Virus record (IMG/VR): IMGVR_UViG_3300023179_000112
Coordinates: 1-61,768 of that record
From: a virus
Taxonomy: Duplodnaviria > Caudoviricetes
Length of the DNA: 61,768 bases
Direction: 5' to 3' (one strand)
Program-made: the position numbers and the translations under genes
Shown here: in pieces, positions 45,213-55,056 of the stretch
How positions within the stretch are numbered: the stretch's first letter is position 1
Layout: each line of letters begins with the position of its first letter
Notes under the pieces: generated by a model
Databases searched by the model: none
The model's input: only the letters and a program-made list of their open reading frames with translations
What the model was told of the DNA's origin: nothing

Positions 45213-47266
45213 CGCCGCCCATCCGGCCTAATATCAATTCGCGGTGAACCAAGTTGCCAAGTCGTGCCTAAACCATCAGATGATATTTCAATAATCATTT
45301 GCCGACCACGAATGCGCGTGTAGATTATATTAGTAAACTGTTCAATAACCGCTGTTGACGTTCTGGCAACTGCTTTAGCTGCCTCCGTATTAAACCCCGA
45401 ACCTGACCCATTCATACCATACATAGTCATCGTAACTTGCGGTGTAGCGGCTGTTGATCCTTGAAATGTTAGATCTGGCACCATGCGCCATACAAACCCA
45501 AAATGCTCACCGTCGTCAATATCAAATTCTGCTGATTCGATATAAGCTTCTATAGGTACTGGAGTTCCCGAAGTATTGTCATCAATTCCGTATTCGTGGT
45601 TTACTAAATTATTAACATAAGTTGCAGCTACTGGATAATCCCTCAATCCTGAATCAAGCCAAGCAGTACGCGCTAAAGAACCGTAATACCATATATCTTC
45701 GACGTAGTTATAGACAACATACGCATCAATTACCGTAGAATTTGCGGTGCAATAAAACCACCATACTTCATTAAACGCTTCAATAGTGCCAGAAAATATT
45801 TGTTGGTTTTGATTTAAATTAATATTACCAAATACATGTCTACGAAGATCACAACGAAGTGTTTGCACTCGTCCGTCGTACACATAAAACTTATCAACAC
45901 CCATCCAGAATATACGACCAGACGCGATTGACACAGCGTTTTGGCTAAATATAGAAATATTGTCGCCTAGCAATTGCGAAGACCATACTATTGGGGGGCC
46001 AACATATTGAAGCGAATAAATTGAAGAATCTGTAAATACAACAATTTCTTGTCGTGTTTGAATGGCTGCAATAATTTGTGAGCCATGTGAAAGCCTAATA
46101 GACCCTGCTTGATTTAACGGAGAAGGTGTCCAATCAATAACGGATTCTTGATTAGACCAACGAATTAACATGGGGTCTAGCGTAACAGATGCATAATCTG
46201 TAGTGCCAAACAAAAGAACAAATCGAGAAGTATCTGATACAAGAATATAATTTTGCAAGGTTGGTACATCGACTAAAGTAGAAATACTTTGAACGCCAGA
46301 TTGTGAACCTGATGTGTTTATTATTGCCCCCGCAGGTGTGGCTGAAAGGTTAGCTGTTACCCCATCAACGTTGCGTAAATAATAAGTTGTACCCGCAGTC
46401 AATCCTGTCGGCAGTGCGCTTGTAGTAGCAAGTTTAATTGCAGTACCTTCTACAAGTACAACCGATAATGTAATAACACAGGGGGATGCTATAGTTAATG
46501 TTACCGTACCACCTAACGTATTGACATTGACGCCTCTTGTTGAAACACCGTTTGTTGCATCCCAATAATATAACCCCCCTCCGCGAGGGCCAAAAATAAG
46601 ATCTTCCCCCCAATTATTGGCTGACCATAAGCGTATATCAATTGTGGTACTAACCCCATTACCCCATGTACCAAAACCCCAACCACCCGCACCCCAACCA
46701 AAATATGGAACTTGTATAGCTGGCCCTGTATTTATTTGATAAGTGGCAACAACGGCTGAACCGCCTGTAGCGCCAGCCGCTACAACAGAAGCAGTAGTAA
46801 TTGAATAGGAGTTTACATTAATGATTGTGATTTGATATTCGGCATTAAGAAGCGTTGCATACGTTCCCGTTGTTCCGCTAAAGGTAACAAAATCCCCTGT
46901 AATTGCTCCATGAGAATTATCAGTTACTACAACCGTAGTGGTTCCGTCGCCTGTAAAAGGATCAGCACCAAGGGTAACTGTGGATCGAATGGGGGTTATA
47001 TCATAATACGAATCGTCTCGCTCAATATAATATTTTAAATTAGTTCCAACGCCAAGTAAATTTTGGAACGAGAGCGTTATCCAGTTCCATAGCGAACGGC
47101 AAATACCAAGAAAAGTACTAGCAGAGATACGCGACCAACCACCAATTTTTTCAGGGGTTCCTTGACGAAACCGTACTTTGTCAGAAATATACCAGCCGTT
47201 TTCACTTGTGTACCGAGTATTTTCTTTGTTTACTCCGGGCTTAAATGATATTTTTTTAAGTGGCAC
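45209..47266 (-). CDS. Tail nozzle / packaged-DNA stabilisation protein (P22 gp10 / tubular B-like)
   Basis: KVRFRQG.PEKIGGW, IRWSNQE, FNEVWWFY, RIRGRQ; propeller-like. Confidence 0.6.
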   Translation of the reverse strand: MPLKKISFKPGVNKENTRYTSENGWYISDKVRFRQGTPEKIGGWSRISASTFLGICRSLWNWITLSFQNLLGVGTNLKYYIERDDSYYDITPIRSTVTLGADPFTGDGTTTVVVTDNSHGAITGDFVTFSGTTGTYATLLNAEYQITIINVNSYSITTASVVAAGATGGSAVVATYQINTGPAIQVPYFGWGAGGWGFGTWGNGVSTTIDIRLWSANNWGEDLIFGPRGGGLYYWDATNGVSTRGVNVNTLGGTVTLTIASPCVITLSVVLVEGTAIKLATTSALPTGLTAGTTYYLRNVDGVTANLSATPAGAIINTSGSQSGVQSISTLVDVPTLQNYILVSDTSRFVLLFGTTDYASVTLDPMLIRWSNQESVIDWTPSPLNQAGSIRLSHGSQIIAAIQTRQEIVVFTDSSIYSLQYVGPPIVWSSQLLGDNISIFSQNAVSIASGRIFWMGVDKFYVYDGRVQTLRCDLRRHVFGNINLNQNQQIFSGTIEAFNEVWWFYCTANSTVIDAYVVYNYVEDIWYYGSLARTAWLDSGLRDYPVAATYVNNLVNHEYGIDDNTSGTPVPIEAYIESAEFDIDDGEHFGFVWRMVPDLTFQGSTAATPQVTMTMYGMNGSGSGFNTEAAKAVARTSTAVIEQFTNIIYTRIRGRQMIIEISSDGLGTTWQLGSPRIDIRPDGRR

Positions 47267-47269
47267 GGT

Positions 47270-47740
47270 TCACCTCATCAATGCAGCTTCAGCCGCACGG
47301 CGGCGGGTAAGTCCGGGGAGGACACGACCTGCGGCTTTATTCCATCTAACGCACTCTGTAGCCGCACCATCCCAGTCCCCCGCATCAATACGTTTTTTGA
47401 AGGTAGAAACTCGGTAGTTTCCTAGTCCGCAATTGTACGCCCAGCTCGTCACTGCGGCAATGCGTCGGGGGGAGGCTTTTGGAAACGTAGGACTAAGTTT
47501 GCAAACACCTACATAAAAGTAGGTTATGTGATGGTCTAAAGCGTCCTCACACTGCTCCATCGTCCAAATGGTTCCCGGCTGGATGTCAGGGCCGGTGGCT
47601 CCCCAGCCAATTGTCCAAGGATGCCCCTTGGTTCCGGGATCAGGATAGGAGGTTACGTTTCCATCAGGCAGAAGCCTAGCCAGCCCCTCAAAGGGCTTGA
47701 TGAGTACATCTCTTACTAGCGCTTTTGCCTCTTCATTCAC
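47270..47740 (-). CDS. Endolysin, GH24 lysozyme
   Basis: FEG..YPDPGT..WTIGWG, AYNCG, WNKAAGRVLPGLTRRR.AE. Confidence 0.9.
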   Translation of the reverse strand: MNEEAKALVRDVLIKPFEGLARLLPDGNVTSYPDPGTKGHPWTIGWGATGPDIQPGTIWTMEQCEDALDHHITYFYVGVCKLSPTFPKASPRRIAAVTSWAYNCGLGNYRVSTFKKRIDAGDWDGAATECVRWNKAAGRVLPGLTRRRAAEAALMR

Positions 47741-48222
47741 GACTTTTGATATTTCTCTATGCTACGTCCAACAAACCAAAACGTGAGCACCATCGTAAAA
47801 AGACCAAAATCGTTTTCGTTCCAGTTGGCTTTTAAAACTTCGTACCACGGTGCATCCGATAAGAACGCCATATAGATAGCGCAAGCTTTAACGGCTGCAT
47901 ACATACCGAACAAGCACCATGTAATCCCCGGACGAACAAGTGCCGAGATTGCAGATACGAACCATCCTGCTGACTTTGCAGTTTCTGATTGCTCACGAAA
48001 AGCCTCTTTAATTGCGTCTAATTGGGTAATACTATAGTCAACGTACTTTTCTTCAACCTTAAACTCACCACGAAGCCTTTCAAGATCCGTTTGTAAGCGG
48101 AACATATTCAACTCATGCTTGCGCTCGTTGGCTTTGTCTAGGAATTTAAGAATTTCCGGCGCGAGTCGAAACAAGCCACCAAAGAGCGACCCTAACAAAC
48201 CTCCTGACAGAAGATCAAACAT
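47737..48222 (-). CDS. Putative holin (3-TM, GTA-holin-like)
   Basis: Hydrophobic helices, KHEL, ALVRP.IT, FWFVGR; coupled to endolysin. Confidence 0.7.
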   Translation of the reverse strand: MFDLLSGGLLGSLFGGLFRLAPEILKFLDKANERKHELNMFRLQTDLERLRGEFKVEEKYVDYSITQLDAIKEAFREQSETAKSAGWFVSAISALVRPGITWCLFGMYAAVKACAIYMAFLSDAPWYEVLKANWNENDFGLFTMVLTFWFVGRSIEKYQKS

Positions 48223-48941
48223 TATTTAGAGGGGGGTATTGTTGTGGGATTTACGATCACCGGATTGACAACTACGGGGTTTACAACCTTGGGTTCAACA
48301 ATCGTTGGATCAACAACAAACGGTTCGATCTTGATGACTTCAGGTTTCACAACAACCACCTTCTCTTGCGTTACCACCTGCGTCGGGTTGTAAGTCGTCG
48401 TTACATTAGCCGCTGGTGCTTGGATCTTACCCGCAATATTAATAAACGCAGCACTTGTGCTTTGCGTATTCGCTACTGACGCCGCCGCTGCGTTGGTGTT
48501 TGCGGTGTTGGAGATTGATGTAAAAGCATTATTAGTGCTTGCAGTGTTGGATACTGAAGCGTTGCTTTGTGATTGCTGAATAGCAACATTACCTCTGACC
48601 TGCTCCATACCCAAGGCAACTTGCCGGTTGATGCCATAAATCTGGGCAATCGACGGAAGGATGGCTGCAATAGCCTGTAAGGTCGTGTCAGCAGGTGAAC
48701 GAGGTGGTGTAATCTGCTGTTGGTTTTGCTGGTTTGGTTGACCCAAAGCCATTGACATCACCGCAGCAACTTTCGCAGCAGCATCGCCTGTCGAGGCAAT
48801 AGCTGCCATTGCTTTATACTTTTCGGTGTCTGCCTTTGCTTTTGCTTCGGCAACTTTGATGTTTGCCTCAACATAAGCATCGTAGTTTGTAGCGCAGCCT
48901 GCCAAAAGCAGGGGCGCAAGAATAATTAACTTTTTCATCAT
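48222..48941 (-). CDS. Lipoprotein upstream of holin
   Basis: Signal MKKLIILAPLLLAG-C lipobox; AGGAG RBS. Confidence 0.7.
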   Translation of the reverse strand: MMKKLIILAPLLLAGCATNYDAYVEANIKVAEAKAKADTEKYKAMAAIASTGDAAAKVAAVMSMALGQPNQQNQQQITPPRSPADTTLQAIAAILPSIAQIYGINRQVALGMEQVRGNVAIQQSQSNASVSNTASTNNAFTSISNTANTNAAAASVANTQSTSAAFINIAGKIQAPAANVTTTYNPTQVVTQEKVVVVKPEVIKIEPFVVDPTIVEPKVVNPVVVNPVIVNPTTIPPSK

Positions 48942-48953
48942 AACTCCTAAATG

Positions 48954-49796
48954 TTACTGCAACCCCATCGCTTGACGGATTTTAGTTGCCGAGATTGAAT
49001 GAGTAGCATCATCAAAAGTTTCTTGCTCAATCTTGTAGCCCACATCGCGGCCATAGGTGATGTTCACGATATTAGGTACTAACTGTATCTCATATTGCCC
49101 CTGAAAGAGCGGATCAAGGTCTCGTCTAATAAATTCCTTAACCTGTTCGGCAGCAAAGGGATTAGACCCATTCCAGCCTTGACAATCACGGATCTGGATC
49201 ACTACCTGACCTGTCTTGGCAATCGCACGCTCAAACAATTTTCTATGCCCCGGATGCCAAGGTTGCCAGCGACCAAGCATCTGCACTGTTTCTTTTTTCC
49301 AATCAAACCGTGGGCGACGGCGGTCTTGCAAAATGTGGTCGGCTATAAAGTCAGACCATTTATCAGCGTCTTTCTCGGTAATACGAAAGTCGTAAACATC
49401 AGGCGGCACAAAAGCCTTGTTGGTATCTTCGTACCGACCAGCATCAATGGTATCCATCCAGATAACCCAGTCGGCCTTAAAGTTATGACGCATCTCAGGA
49501 AGCGGTGCCACAAAGTCGCAAATGACATAATCAGCATTTGATGAGAGTGCAAACTCAGCCATCCTTAGAGACTGCCGAATCCGTCCTTCACGGCTAAAAT
49601 CCCAGTCGTTGTATCTCTTGCGGACTTCATCGGCATTGAACCACTTGACGGTTGGATGCCAATAAGTTGGCACAGCTTCGCACTGTGCAAGCTTTTCTAA
49701 TGGGATATCTGTGCTGGCCTCCAAGCGCTTTTTAAGGGCTTCGGCCATAAAGGTTTTGCCTGCTCCGGGCAGTCCCATAATAAGGATTTTTTTCAT
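48954..49796 (-). CDS. APS kinase (CysC-like) fused to HxGH nucleotidyltransferase domain
   Basis: P-loop GLPGAGKT, NADEVR, WDFSREGRIRQ, DFVAP; C-terminal MLGRWQPWHPGH, YGRDVGY, ISATKIR; ATGA overlap with sulfotransferase. Confidence 0.8.
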   Translation of the reverse strand: MKKILIMGLPGAGKTFMAEALKKRLEASTDIPLEKLAQCEAVPTYWHPTVKWFNADEVRKRYNDWDFSREGRIRQSLRMAEFALSSNADYVICDFVAPLPEMRHNFKADWVIWMDTIDAGRYEDTNKAFVPPDVYDFRITEKDADKWSDFIADHILQDRRRPRFDWKKETVQMLGRWQPWHPGHRKLFERAIAKTGQVVIQIRDCQGWNGSNPFAAEQVKEFIRRDLDPLFQGQYEIQLVPNIVNITYGRDVGYKIEQETFDDATHSISATKIRQAMGLQ

Positions 49797-50614
49797 ACAA
49801 CCACTTTCATTCTGTATTGCTCCGTAAACTTTGGTTTTGCCGGACGCCAAAATTCTTTGCCAGAATATTTATCCCAAACCGATTTAGGTAAAATTGAACG
49901 ACGTTCTTCCCAAGTTACTTTACGCCGTACTGTGTGCAGACTTTTCATGTTTAACGCACGATCAAACACTTCATTCTCGTATTCTACGTTATCAAAGTCA
50001 TGGTTAAAGTAAGGTTTGTTAATAAACCCATAAATCTTACGCATGGTGTCTTCAGGATCTCTACACAAACCTTCATACTCCATCAAAAAGATCATGTCTG
50101 AATTGAGCAACAGACCCTCCTCTAAGAAGTAGTATGGCTTGACAACTTGACCTTCTTTTTTAACATCCATCAACGCGTCACATCTGGTTGTCACGGTCTG
50201 CCGCGCTTCATCGTCAGTAAGTGTTGCGCCGTACAGACTGTTTTTTACGGTAATCCGCTCAAAAGAATCCAAAATCCACGGCAAATCTCGAACGCAACAG
50301 ATAATTTTTGTTTGCGGATAAAGATCTTTGAGTAGGGCTGTTTTAGCAGTCCAACCACGACTTGTATCAAATACAACCGAATTGTTGACAGCCTTGTAAT
50401 ACGCCTCAAACGTATCGCGCAAAATCTGTTTGCGACGATCTTCATCAATGAGATGATTGTTCTCACTGCCCGTTATGACGTTAATTGTCGAGGTTACTAA
50501 ACCTTGCATCGGGGAGGAGATGTCCGCATAAAACTCTGGGTTTTGACGCAAAATGCCTGAAAGCAGCGTTGAACCAGAGCGCGGTAGGCCAGAGATGAAT
50601 AAAAACTCTTTCAC
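49793..50614 (-). CDS. Sulfotransferase family protein
   Basis: PAPS-binding FISGLPRSGSTLL, KIICCVRD..ILDS, YE.L..P; GTGA overlap with upstream gene. Confidence 0.85.
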   Translation of the reverse strand: MKEFLFISGLPRSGSTLLSGILRQNPEFYADISSPMQGLVTSTINVITGSENNHLIDEDRRKQILRDTFEAYYKAVNNSVVFDTSRGWTAKTALLKDLYPQTKIICCVRDLPWILDSFERITVKNSLYGATLTDDEARQTVTTRCDALMDVKKEGQVVKPYYFLEEGLLLNSDMIFLMEYEGLCRDPEDTMRKIYGFINKPYFNHDFDNVEYENEVFDRALNMKSLHTVRRKVTWEERRSILPKSVWDKYSGKEFWRPAKPKFTEQYRMKVVV

Positions 50615-51033
50615 ATCGGAACCCAAGAAACAGTTTGCTCATCCCACTTGTAGCGCACGTTGCCACCGTTCATGACTGCATCCTCCGGGAGGGGAATTGG
50701 AGGAACCCACTCTCCACTGTCTTCATCCCACAACCACGAAGGATATGGGCGACGAGCCTCATACTCGGCTTGTTTAAGTTGAAAATAATAAGATTCCGAT
50801 AAAACCTGAAGAACACCTGCAATAGACGTATCAGCATCGTCATCACAAGTACCATAGTACAAAGGTGCTCGAAGATAAGTGCCGTCTGGCGCAAGCTCCA
50901 CAGGCCATGTGGACCTGTTCGCCCACTCAAATTTAAAACCTTTGACTACGGGCATTGACGGACCGGTGCGTTGCGGCTCTTGAGTGCAAGGAATTTTTGT
51001 GATGACATCAACTTCAGTTACGCAGATGTACAT
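50611..51033 (-). CDS. Tail-fiber-associated protein (chaperone-like)
   Basis: PYPSW..W..W.PP.P.P..Y.WDE motif; follows adhesin gene. Confidence 0.55.
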   Translation of the reverse strand: MYICVTEVDVITKIPCTQEPQRTGPSMPVVKGFKFEWANRSTWPVELAPDGTYLRAPLYYGTCDDDADTSIAGVLQVLSESYYFQLKQAEYEARRPYPSWLWDEDSGEWVPPIPLPEDAVMNGGNVRYKWDEQTVSWVPM

Positions 51034-51087
51034 GGTTTATCCTACTGTTCTTGGGGCGTTTTTAAGTCATGATAAAAAATTAAAGAA

Positions 51088-52275
51088 TTAAACAGCGACT
51101 CTCCTAACGGCTCTGACCCTGAGGTTGGACGACTTAGTGTAGTAGATCTGGTAGCCGTTAGAGAAGCGCTGAATCCAACCGCGGATCGGGTAGAACTCGG
51201 TACTAGACCAGTAGTAGTCCGCTACAAACGCTTCGGCGCCACCCGACTGAAAACTCGCAGCAGACGTTTGCGCTGGTGTGCCAGAGGTGTAGTTAGAGCC
51301 ACGGCTAGGAACTGCGTTAGTATTTGTGCCTGAACCTGTATTGTTTGATGTCGTTGTAGGTTTAAGGTTGTAATAACATACTTCCAACTCATTTTTAGCA
51401 GGCATATACCAATCTGAAAACCCACCAATCGTTAACCCTTCACAGAATTGGGCCGCAGGGAATGTGGCACTGTTCATGTTGGCGCTGTTTGTAGGTCCAT
51501 CAATTACAGAAGACGCTCCAAAAGATACGTCGTTTGAGGTCATCCACTGCTTTATACTTTGACCAGAAGCAACCGGAGCTATTACCAAGTTGTGACTTGC
51601 TACTCCGTTACCAGCGGTGGAGATTTGACCAGCAAAAAATCCACCGCCATAAGCCGCACCGACAGTTGGAGTTGTTGTAATTTGATTGCTTGCTGCACTA
51701 TTTGCACTATTTCCCACACTATTTGTAGCAAAAACTCTAAATGTATAATTAGTGCTGTCGGTTAACCCCGTGAGATTAATAGTTCCACTACCGGCTTGGG
51801 CTAAAGTCCCTCTTGTAGTTGAATTTTGATCTATTGCAGTATATAAAGTAATAGTAGCTCCGCCATTAGACGCGGGCGCGGTAAAGTTTACTGTAGCGGT
51901 TGTTGATCCTGTAGCCGTTGCAGTGCCAATAGTTGGGGCGCCGGGAACTGCCGCTGCTACCGATGAAGTTGTATTTGAATTGGCATTAACAGCAGCAACT
52001 ACGTTAGTTCCAGTTACCCTACAAAAAATAGTATTGCTAACATCAGCATCTACTAAAGTATAAGTACTAGAAGTTGCACCACTGATAGATGTGCTAGGGC
52101 TTCTAAACCATTGATATGTAAATGTGGGGGTGGGGATTCCCGTCCACGTACCATTTGTAGTGCTTAAAGTCTGCCTTACAGTAGCTGTTCCAGAAACAAC
52201 AGGCGCAACCGTATTGACGGGCGCTGAAACAAACGACCTCTGGTTCATAAAAACCGCTTGCGTTACCCCTGTCAT
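51088..52275 (-). CDS. Tail adhesin / receptor-binding protein with Ig-like, FN3 and DUF1566-like C-type-lectin domains
   Basis: YQW Ig-like, FN3 (YTFRVFATN.VG), DWYMPAKNEL, YWSSTE, VRAVRR; start MTGVTQ by ATGA overlap. Confidence 0.75.
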   Translation of the reverse strand: MTGVTQAVFMNQRSFVSAPVNTVAPVVSGTATVRQTLSTTNGTWTGIPTPTFTYQWFRSPSTSISGATSSTYTLVDADVSNTIFCRVTGTNVVAAVNANSNTTSSVAAAVPGAPTIGTATATGSTTATVNFTAPASNGGATITLYTAIDQNSTTRGTLAQAGSGTINLTGLTDSTNYTFRVFATNSVGNSANSAASNQITTTPTVGAAYGGGFFAGQISTAGNGVASHNLVIAPVASGQSIKQWMTSNDVSFGASSVIDGPTNSANMNSATFPAAQFCEGLTIGGFSDWYMPAKNELEVCYYNLKPTTTSNNTGSGTNTNAVPSRGSNYTSGTPAQTSAASFQSGGAEAFVADYYWSSTEFYPIRGWIQRFSNGYQIYYTKSSNLRVRAVRRVAV

Positions 52276-53387
52276 GTCAGACCGCTTCCTGAGATGATCC
52301 AAGTTGTTGATGCAATTTTTATCGCTGTAGCCGAGCCGTATTGAGCTAAAGTTCTGGTCCCTGTCGTGCCAGCCGATGACAAATACATGGTGTCAGTTGT
52401 GATTGCAATACTTACGCTAGTTGATGACAGATTAATAAAGGTCAATGCTGTGCCAATAGCATAAGCAACGCTAGAGTTCGCGGGAATTGTCCATGTAGCA
52501 GCAGAGCCAGATCCTCGATAGATGTGTTTTCCAGAATCTGCGAGGACTAAGGTGTAACTACCTGTTTGCACATTTTGCGGGATGTTTCTAAATCCAACTG
52601 CGTCCGTGCCATCAACAGTGCAATTGCTTAACGTACCGGACGTTGGCGTCCCAAGAACAGGCGTTACTAACGTCGGAGATGTAGCAAAAACTAACGCTCC
52701 GCTGCCTGTCTCATCCGTTACTGCGGCGGCAAGATTGGCTGAAGACGGAGTTCCTAAGAAAGTTAAAATGCCTGTGCCTGTGGTTGTCGTAGCTGGAGCA
52801 GACCCCGCACCACCACCAATCACAAGCGCATTTGAAGCAAGTGCGGCAGAAGAAGCAATAGTAGTCGAGGCGGAGAAATAAGGAACACCGCCGGAAGTTC
52901 CAGTTGTAAGTCCGGTGCCACCACGAGCAACAGGTACTGTTGGGCCAATAGTGCCAACGAGTTTATAATCCGTACCGTCATAAGCAACAAGTGCTGTTTG
53001 TCCGGGTTGAAGCGTTACGCCAGTTTGTCCTGTGGCTTTAAAAGTAATTGTGTATGTTGAGTCATCGTTAATAAGACGATAAGAACGACCTAAACTTGCG
53101 CCTGTATTTCCTACTGTAATTGTTGAGTTCTGAGCCAAAGAAGAAACACGGAAGGTTGCATATTGAGCCGATGAAGCAACAATATTTGTTCCTGAATTTG
53201 TTCCTTCTGTCGTTTCAATCGTCAACGCACCAGTGGTAAAGTTTGCGCTTGTTAACGAAGAAATCCCACCAATTGCAATATCTAAATATTGTGTTAAACC
53301 GTTATTTGTATAATCCCCCCATACTCCAGATTCCGTACCTGTGGTTATAACGGGAAGATCTAAAAGGGTTGTGCGAGCTACAGTCAT
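52272..53387 (-). CDS. Tail fiber protein
   Basis: GTESGVWG..TN, VARGGTG, TDETGSG.LVF..SPTL, YTLVLADSG motifs; Thr/Ser/Gly-rich. Confidence 0.7.
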   Translation of the reverse strand: MTVARTTLLDLPVITTGTESGVWGDYTNNGLTQYLDIAIGGISSLTSANFTTGALTIETTEGTNSGTNIVASSAQYATFRVSSLAQNSTITVGNTGASLGRSYRLINDDSTYTITFKATGQTGVTLQPGQTALVAYDGTDYKLVGTIGPTVPVARGGTGLTTGTSGGVPYFSASTTIASSAALASNALVIGGGAGSAPATTTTGTGILTFLGTPSSANLAAAVTDETGSGALVFATSPTLVTPVLGTPTSGTLSNCTVDGTDAVGFRNIPQNVQTGSYTLVLADSGKHIYRGSGSAATWTIPANSSVAYAIGTALTFINLSSTSVSIAITTDTMYLSSAGTTGTRTLAQYGSATAIKIASTTWIISGSGLT

Positions 53388-53390
53388 TTA

Positions 53391-54341
53391 TTACTCCGTT
53401 TCTACCAATTGCCATTGGACGTTTTCATCTGTGGGAATAAGGCTCCAGTATAAAACACCAAGAGTACCAACATTACCCGAAGCACTAACTCCGCTAAAAG
53501 AAATTACGTTAGGGAAACTTTGAATAGCACCTGTGGAATTTACACCTGTTAGCGCTTCGCTACGTACTACTGTTAAAGACTGAACTGCCCCGGAAGCACT
53601 TACACCTGATAAAGTGGGGCCATGCCCAACTATTACATTACCTACATCTCCAGCAGATGAAACCCCGGACAAACTAACTGTAATTGTAACGCTAGCTGAT
53701 CCCGTTTGTCCACTAGCTTGTACTCCCGTAATAGGGGCAGGTATAGTAAAAACTACGTTACCGACAGCGCCGGAAGCGGCTACACCAGTAAGCTCAGCAG
53801 CGTAAGAAAAATTAGTGTTGCCAACCGCCCCAGTGGAAAGAACACCAGAAAGAGTTGGGGATGTGGTAGAGATGACGTTGCCTACTAAACCATCAGCAGC
53901 AACGCCGGAAAGAGGTACAGCTATAATTAAATTAACAGAGCCAACATTCCCCGTGGCAACTACACCATCTTCAACAGGGTTTATTTCTCCAGTTACATCA
54001 CCAACTGCACCTGTAGTCCCAACACCTGTCAAAGAAATTTGACGTTCACCAACTGCTACATTTCCAACTGCGCCTGTGGCATCAACACCTTGAAGTTGGA
54101 AATTAAATACAACACCACCCACCGCACCAGACGCAGCAACGCCTGTCAGTGCAACCGTAATGGTTAAACCAACAGACCCAACTGCGCCAGTAGCGACTAC
54201 GCCATCTTCAGTGGGAGAGTTAGTTTCAGTAACAGACCCTACATTACCGGACGCAGAAACACCCGATAACGCGGCTTCTACACCAACGCCACCCCAACCA
54301 TCGTAGCCCCACGGGTTTGAACCCCAGCCAAAATTAGCCAC
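53391..54341 (-). CDS. Tail/virion protein with ~20-aa GV.A.GAVG repeats
   Basis: Repeated (L)SGV.ASG.VG units; GWG N-terminus. Confidence 0.6.
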   Translation of the reverse strand: MANFGWGSNPWGYDGWGGVGVEAALSGVSASGNVGSVTETNSPTEDGVVATGAVGSVGLTITVALTGVAASGAVGGVVFNFQLQGVDATGAVGNVAVGERQISLTGVGTTGAVGDVTGEINPVEDGVVATGNVGSVNLIIAVPLSGVAADGLVGNVISTTSPTLSGVLSTGAVGNTNFSYAAELTGVAASGAVGNVVFTIPAPITGVQASGQTGSASVTITVSLSGVSSAGDVGNVIVGHGPTLSGVSASGAVQSLTVVRSEALTGVNSTGAIQSFPNVISFSGVSASGNVGTLGVLYWSLIPTDENVQWQLVETE

Positions 54342-54361
54342 GGGCTACCCCTAAAAAGAAA

Positions 54362-54838
54362 TTAGGTCGTGGACAGTCTCAACAACGCAGTAGTCGTTGT
54401 ATTACTCGGCATTGTCAGCGTAAATGTACCAGCCGTAATTGTCTGCGAACCAAACGTGTGAACACTAACTGCTTTATTTGACTGCGAGCTGTTATAAATT
54501 AACACCGCATCAAAAGCCGAAGACAGGGTTACGTTAGTATACGTAATTGAAGCAGACGGAGTCCAATATGCCACACCTGCCGTAGCAGATGAATTAGCTG
54601 GCGTTGGGGCTGTAGCGTTTGTTACCGTAACTCCGCCCGCAGTATAATTAGTCCCACTGACTTCATTAGTTGCACTGTATGCAGTAGTTGCTGCATTAAC
54701 GGTAGCAGTTGTTAAATATAAAGCTGCTTTAAATGTATCTGCTGCGGAAGTACCACGAGTAGGAGCAGTGCCAAAGTTATGAGTAGCAGTTAAAATTTCA
54801 CTCATAAACGAAGTGCACATCGATTGTGTGTTTGCCAT
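54362..54838 (-). CDS. Virion structural protein (paralog of 55053-55481)
   Basis: MCTSF, FKAALY, GTNYTAGG, LIYNS, AV.V..FG. Confidence 0.65.
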   Translation of the reverse strand: MANTQSMCTSFMSEILTATHNFGTAPTRGTSAADTFKAALYLTTATVNAATTAYSATNEVSGTNYTAGGVTVTNATAPTPANSSATAGVAYWTPSASITYTNVTLSSAFDAVLIYNSSQSNKAVSVHTFGSQTITAGTFTLTMPSNTTTTALLRLSTT

Positions 54839-54855
54839 TTTAAATTCCTTTAAAG

Positions 54856-55056
54856 TTACCCAATCGCTGCCACTTCAGGATTTAACCATACAGCAGCTTT
54901 TTTTAACATGACATGTGCAGAACGATGAACAAGCTCCCCTTCATGCCAATACTCTACCCACGTAGTATACTCGTGGTCATTATCTATGAATCCTTCACGT
55001 TTTTCAAGAAGCGATTCATCTAAGTCACCTTTGGTTGTAAAAACGGTTGCCATCAA
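54856..55056 (-). CDS. Small hypothetical protein
   Basis: TTKGD..WVEYW..ELVHRS. Confidence 0.6.
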   Translation of the reverse strand: MMATVFTTKGDLDESLLEKREGFIDNDHEYTTWVEYWHEGELVHRSAHVMLKKAAVWLNPEVAAIG

